Below are positions 9,365-18,293 of a DNA stretch of 64,000 bases, piece after piece (position 1 is the stretch's first letter; every line of letters starts with the position of its first letter). Location of the stretch: positions 37,903 to 101,902 of the forward strand of contig CAWCNJ010000009.1 in assembly GCA_963796955.1 (NCBI GenBank), read 5' to 3'. The DNA is from Endomicrobiales bacterium (GTDB lineage Bacteria > Elusimicrobiota > Endomicrobiia > Endomicrobiales > JALOBY01). Made by a program: the position numbers and the translations under genes. Under the pieces are notes generated by a model, which searched no databases, was not told the DNA's origin, and worked only from the letters and a program-made list of their open reading frames with translations.

Positions 9365-10461
9365 AAAATGTCACCGCTTCATCCGTGCAGGCAAATATGG
9401 CTTCGCTTGCCGTGGCCCTGCCGGAGTTAAGTATCAACCAGCGCGAGGCTTTCGGTTTTATTAAAAAGAATTATGAAAAGCGGCTTTCAAGCCGCGGCAT
9501 GAAGGTGCTGGAAAAAGTTTTATCACATCCCGGGATAAAAAAAAGATATCTGGCTGTTGATGGCGGCCTTGAGACGATCGTTGATGAGGATCCGGACGTT
9601 CGGGTAGGCCGCTTCACGCGCCACGCGGTCGCGCTGTCAACACGGGCGGCTGCCTCGGCGCTCAAACGGGCGGGGCTCACCCCCGAGGATGTTTCAGCCC
9701 TGGTCATCAATACCTGCACCGGATATATTTGTCCGGGGATCTCCTCTTACGTCGCAGAAAACCTCGGGATCTCACCGTCCGCCCGCACGTTCGATATGGT
9801 CGGCAGCGGCTGCGGCGGGGCGCTGCCCAACATCTTCATGAGCCGTTCCCTTGCCCAGGCGGCTGAGGGCGCCGTGGTCAGTGTTTCCGTTGAGATCAGT
9901 TCGGCCGCTTTCCAGATGGGGGAAGACCCGGGATTACTGGTCTCCAACTCTATTTTCGGCGACGGCGCGGCCGCCTCTGTGTGGACGACGGAACCGGAAC
10001 GGCTTTCGGTGCTGGATTACGAATCTTTACTGGTGCCGGAATTTCGTGAGCATATACGTTTTGTGCACCGCAGCGGACAATTGCATAACCAGCTGTCCAT
10101 GAAATTACCCGGCTTAACGGGCGGGCCGGTTGCCGCCCTGGTGCACCGGCTGCTTGAGCGCAATGGCCTGTCTATGAAAGACATAGATCATTGGGCGATC
10201 CATCCCGGCGGGGAAAAAATTATCAATGCCGTAAAGGCGGGACTGGGTTTGAGCGAAGAACAGTTATCGGCTACCAGGGGCGTTCTTTCTGATTACGGAA
10301 ATATGTCGTCGCCGAGCGTTCTGTTCATTCTTGAGAGGCTGGTGCGCGGGCCCATGCGCGCCGGCGACCTTTGCCTTATGATAGCTTTTGGCGCGGGTTT
10401 TTCAGCGTATGCCTGCCTGTTAAAAGCAGGCAGCCGGTTCCCGGCGGCACGTAAGCAGTAA
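9361..10461 (+). CDS. Type III polyketide synthase
   Basis: TCTG, GSGCGG (catalytic Cys), FGDGAAA, IHPGG (His), YGNMSS (Asn), FGAG; GTGA overlap with the radical SAM gene. Confidence 0.93.
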   Translation: MKNVTASSVQANMASLAVALPELSINQREAFGFIKKNYEKRLSSRGMKVLEKVLSHPGIKKRYLAVDGGLETIVDEDPDVRVGRFTRHAVALSTRAAASALKRAGLTPEDVSALVINTCTGYICPGISSYVAENLGISPSARTFDMVGSGCGGALPNIFMSRSLAQAAEGAVVSVSVEISSAAFQMGEDPGLLVSNSIFGDGAAASVWTTEPERLSVLDYESLLVPEFREHIRFVHRSGQLHNQLSMKLPGLTGGPVAALVHRLLERNGLSMKDIDHWAIHPGGEKIINAVKAGLGLSEEQLSATRGVLSDYGNMSSPSVLFILERLVRGPMRAGDLCLMIAFGAGFSAYACLLKAGSRFPAARKQ

Positions 10462-10497
10462 TGATTTGTTGTTAACCAAAGCAGAAAGGAGAAATGT

Positions 10498-10938
10498 ATG
10501 TGTATTATTCCAATATGTATGTCATTGGTAGGTATGGTGGTGCTGGTTACGCTGGGGTATCTTGCGTTGTGGACGTCAAGCCACGAAAACACGGCTAAAG
10601 GCCTTGCCGGCTTCGGTAGGGTCATGGCCATAATCCTGTTCGTGTTCGCCGGGTTGGCATTGGTAGGCGGCGCGACCGCGAGCCACATGTGCATGTGGTA
10701 TATGGGCAGGGACGGCGGTGCCTGCGTGATGGGCAAATGCATGCCGGGCCATCATATGGGCGCCATGATGAAAGAGAATGAAGAAATGGAAGAGCATGAG
10801 CACATGGGTATGGCGGGCGGCAACGAGCCCATGACCAAAGATAATATGGTTGCGCACCTTAAAATGATGCGGGACCAGAACCCGGACGTGTTCAATCAAA
10901 GCATGACCGAGCTGAACAAACCTCAAAACAAGAAATGA
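10498..10938 (+). CDS. Two-TM membrane protein with His/Met-rich tail
   Basis: AAGGAG RBS; two hydrophobic helices followed by GHHMGAMM...EHEHMGM. Confidence 0.7.
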   Translation: MCIIPICMSLVGMVVLVTLGYLALWTSSHENTAKGLAGFGRVMAIILFVFAGLALVGGATASHMCMWYMGRDGGACVMGKCMPGHHMGAMMKENEEMEEHEHMGMAGGNEPMTKDNMVAHLKMMRDQNPDVFNQSMTELNKPQNKK

Positions 10939-10986
10939 CGTTCCGGGCATTGTGCTCCGTTTGGGAGCGCGACATTGGTGGTTATT

Positions 10987-11289
10987 ATGGAAAATCGAAG
11001 AAAAGCGCTTAGAAAACCGCTGGTAAGCCCGGTCATGATCCTGGCGGCGGCGTTACGAAAGAAAATAGCAGAGGGGTTTGTGACCAACATTAACGACGGC
11101 GGCCTGGGTATCGTAAGCCCGAAAGACCTGCCTGTTGGCGACACGTTGCTCTTCAACATCAACATGCCCAACGGCTGGCACCTGGACCTGTTCGGAAAGA
11201 TCGTGCACGCAAGGCACGGTCCAACCCTGAACGCCTACGGCGCCGTTTTCGACCCCGGCCAGGCCACGTTCATCTTCAACTTGTTTTAA
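10987..11289 (+). CDS. PilZ-domain protein
   Basis: NRRKALR (RxxxR), NINDGGLG, YGAVF pattern. Confidence 0.8.
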   Translation: MENRRKALRKPLVSPVMILAAALRKKIAEGFVTNINDGGLGIVSPKDLPVGDTLLFNINMPNGWHLDLFGKIVHARHGPTLNAYGAVFDPGQATFIFNLF

Positions 11290-11325
11290 TTCTGTCCAGG
11301 CCATAACTGCCGAAAACAGAGCAAG

Positions 11326-11363
11326 AACCGCACTGCGGGGCAACCCCCCGCCTGCGGTTTTTT
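11326..11363 (+). terminator. Rho-independent terminator
   Basis: AACCGCA-CT-GCGGGG/CCCCGC-C-TGCGGTT hairpin followed by a T tract. Confidence 0.8.
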
Positions 11364-11381
11364 GTTTGCAAAATATCAGAG

Positions 11382-11410
11382 TTGAAAACCCTTCGAATAA
11401 TAGATACAAT
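11382..11410 (+). promoter_or_regulatory. Sigma70-like promoter for the DUF3800 gene
   Basis: TTGAAA-17 bp-TACAAT. Confidence 0.65.
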
Positions 11411-11492
11411 TACTTGTCGTATCTGTCCCGCTATTGGGAACAGTACGGAAGGTCTTTAGTTTTTAAGTTAAGGCTTCGATCGGGGAGCGTTT

Positions 11493-12134
11493 GTGGGTTA
11501 TATATACATGGATGAAAGCGGGGACTTGGGGTTTGATTTCTCCAAGGATGGTACGTCTGATTGTTTTGTAATTACATTTCTTTTTGTTAAAGATAAAAGG
11601 CCTGTTGAGAAGATTGTTAAAAGAGTCTTCGCAATGTTCTCTAAAAAACAGATAAGGCATCATTCAGGGGTGCTGCATTGTTACAAGGAGCATCCAAAAA
11701 CAAGACAGCGAGTTTTAAAAGAGTTAGCGGGCAAAGATGTTAGTGTGATCTCGATTTATCTTAATAAGCATAAGGTCTATACGCAGCTGAAAGATGAAAA
11801 GCAAGTGCTCTATAATTATGTGGTGAATATCCTTCTTGACAGGGTATTTTCAAAGAAATTGTTAGGCAATTCCGGTGATATTGTGCTCGTAGCTTCCAGA
11901 AGGGAAACGAATAAGTTCTTGAATGAGAATTTCAAACAGTATCTTGAAAGGCAGGTTAAATTAAACCACAACGAACACATCAAAATAGAGGTAAAGACGC
12001 CATCGGAGGAAAAATGTTTACAGGTGGTAGATTTTGCATGCTGGGCTATTTTTAGAAAGAGACAATGGAACGACAATTCTTATTACGAGCTTATTAGAAC
12101 AAAAGTTGTCGAAGAAAACCCATTATTCGCTTAG
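11493..12134 (+). CDS. DUF3800 domain protein (RNase H-like fold)
   Basis: YIYMDESGDLG N-terminus and S...LQVVDF..WAIFR C-terminus; AT-rich relative to flanks. Confidence 0.88.
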   Translation: MGYIYMDESGDLGFDFSKDGTSDCFVITFLFVKDKRPVEKIVKRVFAMFSKKQIRHHSGVLHCYKEHPKTRQRVLKELAGKDVSVISIYLNKHKVYTQLKDEKQVLYNYVVNILLDRVFSKKLLGNSGDIVLVASRRETNKFLNENFKQYLERQVKLNHNEHIKIEVKTPSEEKCLQVVDFACWAIFRKRQWNDNSYYELIRTKVVEENPLFA

Positions 12135-12237
12135 AAATGACAAAGCCTTGAGCGTTATTTGCGAGGAACCATACGGAACCCCACGCACAAGGACTTACTC
12201 GTCACTATATTTGGAAACAAAGTAACCCTTAAAAGAC
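12135..12237 (-). ncRNA. Candidate DUF3800-associated structured ncRNA
   Basis: Own TTGACA-17-TATACT promoter on the minus strand; nested stems GUGACGA/UUGUCAU, CCUUG/CAAGG, GCGU/ACGC, GGGG/CCUC whose G-U pairs work only on the minus strand. Confidence 0.6.
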
Positions 12238-12243
12238 AATAAC

Positions 12244-12272
12244 AGTATACGCAAACTTTTGTTGTATGTCAA
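12244..12272 (-). promoter_or_regulatory. Near-consensus sigma70 promoter facing the DUF3800 3' end
   Basis: Reverse complement reads TTGACA(12272-12267)-17 bp-TATACT(12249-12244). Confidence 0.75.
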
Positions 12273-12306
12273 GCACCTCAATAGCTGTTCCTCTTGTTTC
12301 GCGTTT

Positions 12307-12336
12307 TTGACAACACCTTCCTAAAAGATGTACAAT
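12307..12336 (+). promoter_or_regulatory. Sigma70-like promoter of the rsmD-arg run
   Basis: TTGACA-18 bp-TACAAT. Confidence 0.65.
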
Positions 12337-12360
12337 TATGCCTGAAAATCAAGGAAATGT

Positions 12361-12933
12361 ATGAGCGACGGGATCAGGATAATAGCGGGGGAACTTCGCG
12401 GCCGCATCATCAAAACGCCTAAGGGCGAATTTGCTGTGCGGCCTATGCTGTCTCGTATCAAAAAGTCGCTTTTTGACATTTTGACCCCCTGCATCGGCGA
12501 CGCTAAAATGCTGGACCTGTTCGCGGGCGTCGGCGGGGTGGGGATAGAGGCGTTATCTCGCGGGGCGGCGCACGTAACTTTTGTTGAGCTGGACACTAAT
12601 TTTAAGAAGCTTATTGAAGAGAATTTGAGAACGCTCGGGCTGGACAAACGGGCGGTGGTGCATCAGGCGGATGTGATGCACGCAGTGCAGTGGCTGAAAG
12701 GGCCTTTTGACATTGTTTTTTTTGGGCCGCCATATAAGGACGCGAACAGGGCACCTTTAGCGCTTACCAGCCCGACGCTTGCGGGGATAGCAGCCTCCGG
12801 CATGCTGGCCGATGGCGGCTTGATCGTAAGCCAGCGCGCGACCAAAGAAGCGGTCGCCGTTCCTGAACAGTTCGTCCTCGCACGCACTAAAGTTTATGAC
12901 GACACAACAATAGATTTTTACAAAAAGAAATAA
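12361..12933 (+). CDS. rsmD: 16S rRNA m2G966 methyltransferase
   Basis: IRIIAG..RGR, LDLFAGVGGVGIEALSRGA, PPY. Confidence 0.9.
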   Translation: MSDGIRIIAGELRGRIIKTPKGEFAVRPMLSRIKKSLFDILTPCIGDAKMLDLFAGVGGVGIEALSRGAAHVTFVELDTNFKKLIEENLRTLGLDKRAVVHQADVMHAVQWLKGPFDIVFFGPPYKDANRAPLALTSPTLAGIAASGMLADGGLIVSQRATKEAVAVPEQFVLARTKVYDDTTIDFYKKK

Positions 12934-12935
12934 CC

Positions 12936-13754
12936 ATGGCATCTTCTTCAGAAAACATTAACGGCCTTGGCGCCGATCCGGCGACGTACCAGATAAGCTA
13001 TTCAAAGGTTGTCGCCTATAACTTTTGCCCGCAAAAATACCGGCTGGTTTTTGTGGAGCGGTGGTTTGCGCCGTCTAACCAGTATATTGCGCTTGGGCAT
13101 TCCATCCACAAAACGCTGGAACTTTTTCATTCCCGCAAGGGTATGGAATCCATTGACGACTTGCTGGAATGTTACAACGAGGCCTGGGTGAACGACGGCT
13201 TCACCACGCCTCAGGCAGCGCAGGAATATTTTGAGAAAGGCGAGCGCATGCTGGTCCGGTACTGGGAAGACAACCAGGACCGCAAGACCGAGATACTTTT
13301 TGTTGAAAAACATTTCGCATTCGACCTGAACGGCGTTAAACTGCGCGGCATTATAGACCGCATAGACCGCCACCCGGACGGCACGGTTGAGGTTATTGAC
13401 TACAAGACGCACAATGAAGTTTGGGAGCAGGATAAAGCCGATGCCGACCTTCAGCTGAGCGTATACCACATGGCCGCGCAAGACCTGCTCGGCGCGCCGC
13501 CAGATACGCTGACATATTATTTTCTTGCACATGGCAGAAGAGTCAGCACGCACAGAACGCCGGAACAAATAGAAGAAGCGTTGAAGGTAATTGCAAAGGC
13601 CAGGGAACAGATACTTTCTAAGAATTTCGTACCAAATACAGCTATGTGCCACCGTTGTGACTTTAGGGAAAAATGCCCGCACAGTATCGCTAAATCACCG
13701 GAACCGGTGGAAAAGCCGGGCACGTTCAGTATCAAAGACCTTTTGGAGAGATAA
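12936..13754 (+). CDS. PD-(D/E)XK RecB/AddB-like nuclease
   Basis: SYS...CP, G..IH, GIIDRID, IDYKT, QL.VY, C..C.F...C. Confidence 0.88.
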   Translation: MASSSENINGLGADPATYQISYSKVVAYNFCPQKYRLVFVERWFAPSNQYIALGHSIHKTLELFHSRKGMESIDDLLECYNEAWVNDGFTTPQAAQEYFEKGERMLVRYWEDNQDRKTEILFVEKHFAFDLNGVKLRGIIDRIDRHPDGTVEVIDYKTHNEVWEQDKADADLQLSVYHMAAQDLLGAPPDTLTYYFLAHGRRVSTHRTPEQIEEALKVIAKAREQILSKNFVPNTAMCHRCDFREKCPHSIAKSPEPVEKPGTFSIKDLLER

Positions 13755-14504
13755 ATGAGTAATATCACGGTGATCAAATTTGGCGGCAGCCTTGGGCAGA
13801 ATGTTAAGGCGCTTTCTTCTTTTTGCAAAGATGTTGCAAAGCTTTCTAAAAAGGAGCCCGTTGTGCTGGTTCACGGCGGCGGTCCCGAGATAAACTCCTG
13901 GGTGGAAAGGCTCGGTTTGAAAGTAACATTTGTCAACGGCAGGCGCTATACTGATGAAGCGGTGCTTGAAGTCGTCGAGATGGTGTTAAGCGGCAAAGTA
14001 AACAAAGGTTTTGTGACATTGCTTAATAAACAGGGCTCGAAAGCCGTCGGAATATCCGCCAAAGACGGCAAGACCGCTGTCTGCAAACGGGTAAAGGAAC
14101 TGGGGCTGGTGGGTGAGCCTGCGAAGATAGATGTAACGCTTATAACCACGTTATTGAAGGCCGGTTTCCTGCCGGTGCTCTCAAGCGTGGGTGCGGACGC
14201 GAAGGGGAATGTGTTGAATGTGAACGCCGATTCCCTCGCCATGGCGCTGGCCGGTGCTTTAAAGGCCCGACGATTGGTCTTAATGACGGATGTATGCGGC
14301 GTGCTGGACGCGCACAAACGCACGATACCTGCCATCAGGACGTGTCACGTAGGTTCTCTTATAAAAGACGGGATCGTTACGGGCGGTATGATACCAAAAT
14401 TGCAGGCCTGCGCGCTTGCCGTAAAGAATGGGATCAGGGAAGTGATAATTGCGGACGGATCCCGCGGGCTGAAGACTATAAGAGGAACGGTCATAAAAAA
14501 GTGA
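13755..14504 (+). CDS. argB: Acetylglutamate kinase
   Basis: VIKFGGS, VHGGGPEI, NVNAD, TGGMIPK. Confidence 0.95.
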   Translation: MSNITVIKFGGSLGQNVKALSSFCKDVAKLSKKEPVVLVHGGGPEINSWVERLGLKVTFVNGRRYTDEAVLEVVEMVLSGKVNKGFVTLLNKQGSKAVGISAKDGKTAVCKRVKELGLVGEPAKIDVTLITTLLKAGFLPVLSSVGADAKGNVLNVNADSLAMALAGALKARRLVLMTDVCGVLDAHKRTIPAIRTCHVGSLIKDGIVTGGMIPKLQACALAVKNGIREVIIADGSRGLKTIRGTVIKK

Positions 14505-14512
14505 GAACTGAT

Positions 14513-15685
14513 ATGATAAAAAATGAAAAGAAATATATTCTGCAAACCTATAAAAGAAATCCGTTGCTGATCGTTAAAGGTAAAGATAAATTTGTCTGGG
14601 ATGATACCGGTAAAAAATACCTGGACATGTTCTCGGGGCTGAGCGTCTGCAACGTGGGCCACAGCAATCCGAAAGTAGTATCGGCGATAACGGAGCAGGC
14701 GAAAAAATATCTGCATACTTCAAACCTGTACTACACTGAGCCGCAGATAAAACTCGCTCAGCAGCTGATCGGGCTTAGTTTTCCCGGGAAGGTCTTTTTC
14801 TCCAACTCCGGGGCCGAGGCGAACGAATGTGCGATAAAGGCTTCCAGAAGAATGGGGCAGGGCAGGTATGAGATCATAGCCTTCAACGAATCTTTTCACG
14901 GCAGGACCATGGGCACTATTTCGGCTACCGGTCAGGAAAAATTCCATAAGGGCTTCCACCCGCTGCTGCCCGGTTTTGTGTTCGCTGATTTCAATGACCT
15001 GGACTCTGTGAAAAGGCTGATCAATAAAAAGACCGCCGCGATACTGGTTGAGCCGGTGCAGGGCGAGGGCGGCGTTAACGTAGGCACAAAGACGTTCCTG
15101 AAAGGCTTAAGGCAGCTGGCGGACAAGCACAACCTAACGCTGATATTTGACGAGGTCCAGACGGGTCTTGGCAGGACCGGTAAGATATTTGCCTTCGAGC
15201 ATTCAAGCGTAAAGCCCGATATCGTCACCCTAGCTAAAAGCCTGGGCGGCGGCTTACCGATCGGCGCGACGATCCTCTCAAAGAAATGCGAGAACGCCCT
15301 TGGCGCGGGCGACCATGCCTCTACCTTCGGCGGTAATCCGGTTTCATGCGCGGCCGCTCTTGCAGTGCTCTCGTTACTTGATAAGAAAATGCTTAAGCAT
15401 GTGCAGCAGCTTGGCGAATATTTCCTTGAGCAGCTGGCGGGGTTGATAGCGAAATATCCCTTCGTAAAGTCCGCAAGGGGAACGGGTCTGATGATCGGCC
15501 TTGAACTGGATTTCCCGGGCGCCGGGATAGTAGATTATTTCAGGCAGCAGGGCGTGCTGATAAATTGCACGCATAATACCGTGCTCAGGTTCCTGCCGCC
15601 GTTCACCATTACCAGGGCGGATGTGGACCTTACGGTCAAATTGCTGGACAAAGCTTTTAAGCTTCACGCTGACAATAAACTATAG
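14513..15685 (+). CDS. argD: Acetylornithine aminotransferase
   Basis: NSGAEANE, SFHGRT, EPVQGEGG, DEVQTG, AKSLGGG; arg context. Confidence 0.93.
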   Translation: MIKNEKKYILQTYKRNPLLIVKGKDKFVWDDTGKKYLDMFSGLSVCNVGHSNPKVVSAITEQAKKYLHTSNLYYTEPQIKLAQQLIGLSFPGKVFFSNSGAEANECAIKASRRMGQGRYEIIAFNESFHGRTMGTISATGQEKFHKGFHPLLPGFVFADFNDLDSVKRLINKKTAAILVEPVQGEGGVNVGTKTFLKGLRQLADKHNLTLIFDEVQTGLGRTGKIFAFEHSSVKPDIVTLAKSLGGGLPIGATILSKKCENALGAGDHASTFGGNPVSCAAALAVLSLLDKKMLKHVQQLGEYFLEQLAGLIAKYPFVKSARGTGLMIGLELDFPGAGIVDYFRQQGVLINCTHNTVLRFLPPFTITRADVDLTVKLLDKAFKLHADNKL

Positions 15686-15698
15686 AAAAGGATAGATC

Positions 15699-16904
15699 AT
15701 GGCAAATCCGAAGAAGATCGTCGTCGCGTATTCAGGCGGGCTGGACACCTCCGTTATCTTGCGCTGGCTGAAAGAAAAATACGGCTCGGAGATAATAGCG
15801 GTGGCGATAGATGTGGGACAGGGCAAGGAACTTGCCCCGTTGCGCGCCAAAGCCCTTAAGACCGGCGCCGATAAATATTACGTCGTGGATGCCAGAAAAG
15901 AATTCGTGACCGATTATATTTTCCCGGCGATAAAGGCGCACGCCCTGTATGAAGGGAAATACCTGCTCGGCACCTCGCTGGCCCGCCCGGTCATAGCTGA
16001 AAAGATCGTAGAAATATGCCGCAAGGAAAAAGCTGATGCCGTCTGCCACGGCGCAACCGGTAAAGGCAACGATCAGGTGCGTTTCGAGCTGACCTTTAAA
16101 GCGCTTATGCCGGAACTTAAAATAATCGCGCCCTGGCGCGAGTGGGAATTCAAATCCCGTGAAGACGAGATAGAGTACGCAAAAAAGCACGGCATTCCGG
16201 TGCCGGTCACAAAGGCAAAGCCGTATTCGTCTGACGCTAACTTGTGGCATATATCGTACGAGGGCGGCATTCTTGAAGACCCTGCTAATGAATACGATGA
16301 ATCCATGTTCGCTATGACGGTCTCACCTGAAAAGGCGCCCGCAAAACCTGCGTACGTTACGATTGATTTTGTGAAGGGCATTCCGGTTGCCGTCAACAAA
16401 AAGAAACTGGAGCCCGTAAAGCTGATAGAGACGCTCAACAAGATCGTCGGAGCCCATGGTATAGGCCGCGTTGATATCGTCGAGAACCGCCTTGTGGGAA
16501 TGAAATCGCGCGGTGTCTATGAAGCGCCAGCGGCAACAGCCCTGTACTTTGCCCACCGTGAACTTGAATATCTGTGCCTTGACCGTGATACTTTCCATTA
16601 CAAGGAACAACTTGGCCCCAAATATGCCGAGATGGCCTACAACGGTCTTTGGTTCGTGCCTCTCAGGGAAGCCTTGGATGCATTTGTTGACAAGACTCAG
16701 GAACCGGTGACCGGTTCTGTGAAATTGAAGCTGTATAAAGGCAACATCGAAGTTTTCAGCCGCTTGAGCAAGAATTCTCTCTATTGGGAAAAACTTGCGA
16801 CATTCGGCGAGGAAGATATTTATAACCAGCGGGATGCTGAAGGGTTTATTAATTTGTTTGGCTTGCCATTGAAAGTAAGGGCGATCTTGAACGGCAAGAG
16901 GTAA
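15699..16904 (+). CDS. argG: Argininosuccinate synthase
   Basis: [37 protein letters not shown]. Confidence 0.97.
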   Translation: MANPKKIVVAYSGGLDTSVILRWLKEKYGSEIIAVAIDVGQGKELAPLRAKALKTGADKYYVVDARKEFVTDYIFPAIKAHALYEGKYLLGTSLARPVIAEKIVEICRKEKADAVCHGATGKGNDQVRFELTFKALMPELKIIAPWREWEFKSREDEIEYAKKHGIPVPVTKAKPYSSDANLWHISYEGGILEDPANEYDESMFAMTVSPEKAPAKPAYVTIDFVKGIPVAVNKKKLEPVKLIETLNKIVGAHGIGRVDIVENRLVGMKSRGVYEAPAATALYFAHRELEYLCLDRDTFHYKEQLGPKYAEMAYNGLWFVPLREALDAFVDKTQEPVTGSVKLKLYKGNIEVFSRLSKNSLYWEKLATFGEEDIYNQRDAEGFINLFGLPLKVRAILNGKR

Positions 16905-16964
16905 GGTCGTCATTTCGGGCTTCGTGTACAGTCCTAACGCGAAAAACGTTACAAAGGGGAGCAC

Positions 16965-18293
16965 GTGGACATAAATAAAGATTTTATCGGATCGTTCGCT
17001 TTCGACGTGCGGCTTGCACAGTATGATATCGCCGGTTCTCTGGCTCATGTGAAAATGCTTGAGCACCAAAAGATAGTGCCTGTGGGCGATTGTACGAAGA
17101 TCACGAAAGGTCTTACCTCAATATCACAGGATATCCAGAAAGGATGGAAACTGCCGGCAGAAGAAGATATCCATTACGCGATCGAGAAGGAACTTATCCG
17201 TCGCATTGGCCCTGTCGGCGGCAAGATGCACACCGCCCGCAGCCGCAATGACCAGGTAGCCCTTGATCTGCGCCTGTACGTTTATGATGCGATAGAAACG
17301 ATAAGCGGACTATTGGCGAACCTTCAAAGTTCTATTGTGGAGCTCGCCTCAGCCAATCAAAAAACCGTCATGCCGGGTTACACCCATCTTCAGCCCGCCC
17401 AGCCGGTGTTGTTCGCCCATTATATCCTTGCTTATGCCTGGATGTTCCAGCGCGACAGGGAACGGCTTGCTGACTGCCTTACGCGCGTTAATATACTGCC
17501 GCTCGGCAGCGCGGCTCTGGCAGGCACTTCTTTTCCCATTGATCGCCAGTTCGTTGCGAAACAACTGGGTTTTAGCGGTGTTTGTGATAATTCTATGGAT
17601 GGGGTCAGTGACCGCGATTTTGCGATAGAATTTCTTTCTGCCGGCGCCGTGATCGGTATGCACTTATCCAGAATGTGCGAAGAACTTATTGTCTGGTCCA
17701 GCGCGGAATTCAATTTTATCCGCATCAGCGATGAGTTTACTTCAGGTTCATCGATCATGCCGCAGAAGCGTAATCCTGATGTCGCGGAAATAATCCGCGG
17801 TAAAACCGGCCGGGTATACGGAAATCTTACCGCCCTCCTCACTTTAATGAAAGGCATTCCGCTTGCCTACAACCGGGATATGCAGGAAGATAAGCCGCCT
17901 GTCTTCGATACGGTCGACACTTTGACAGCCGCGCTTACTGTTGCTGCTCAAATGATGGCTGAGCTAAAGGTGAATGCCGGCGCTATGAAAAAAGCCACGG
18001 AACGCGGCTTTATCTGCGCCACTGAGCTCGCTGATTATCTTGCCCGGAAAAACGTTCCATTCCGCGAGGCTCATGGAATAGTAAAAGCGATAGTCGCTCA
18101 TTGCCAGGCGCAGGGAATAGCGCTTGCGGCTTGTTCTCTTGAGACGCTAAAAAAATTCTCGAAAGTTTTTGAAAAAGACGCCCTGCTCTGTCTTTCTACT
18201 GAAACGGTGGTGACGGTCAAAACATCCGCAGGCGGCACCGCGCCCCGCTCGGTCGCGAAACAGATCAATGATCTAAGGAAACTGCTGAAATGA
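16965..18293 (+). CDS. argH: Argininosuccinate lyase
   Basis: HTARSRNDQ, PGYTHLQ, GSSIMPQKRNPD. Confidence 0.97.
   Translation: MDINKDFIGSFAFDVRLAQYDIAGSLAHVKMLEHQKIVPVGDCTKITKGLTSISQDIQKGWKLPAEEDIHYAIEKELIRRIGPVGGKMHTARSRNDQVALDLRLYVYDAIETISGLLANLQSSIVELASANQKTVMPGYTHLQPAQPVLFAHYILAYAWMFQRDRERLADCLTRVNILPLGSAALAGTSFPIDRQFVAKQLGFSGVCDNSMDGVSDRDFAIEFLSAGAVIGMHLSRMCEELIVWSSAEFNFIRISDEFTSGSSIMPQKRNPDVAEIIRGKTGRVYGNLTALLTLMKGIPLAYNRDMQEDKPPVFDTVDTLTAALTVAAQMMAELKVNAGAMKKATERGFICATELADYLARKNVPFREAHGIVKAIVAHCQAQGIALAACSLETLKKFSKVFEKDALLCLSTETVVTVKTSAGGTAPRSVAKQINDLRKLLK

Noticed and set aside
12034..12225. 63-aa ORF over the DUF3800 3' region
   Set aside because: Overlaps DUF3800 out of frame, no recognisable motif; region is better explained by the opposite-strand RNA.
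12936..13754. Cas4 / CRISPR system
   Set aside because: Four-Cys PD-(D/E)XK nuclease, but no cas genes or repeat-spacer array; it sits in a housekeeping run.
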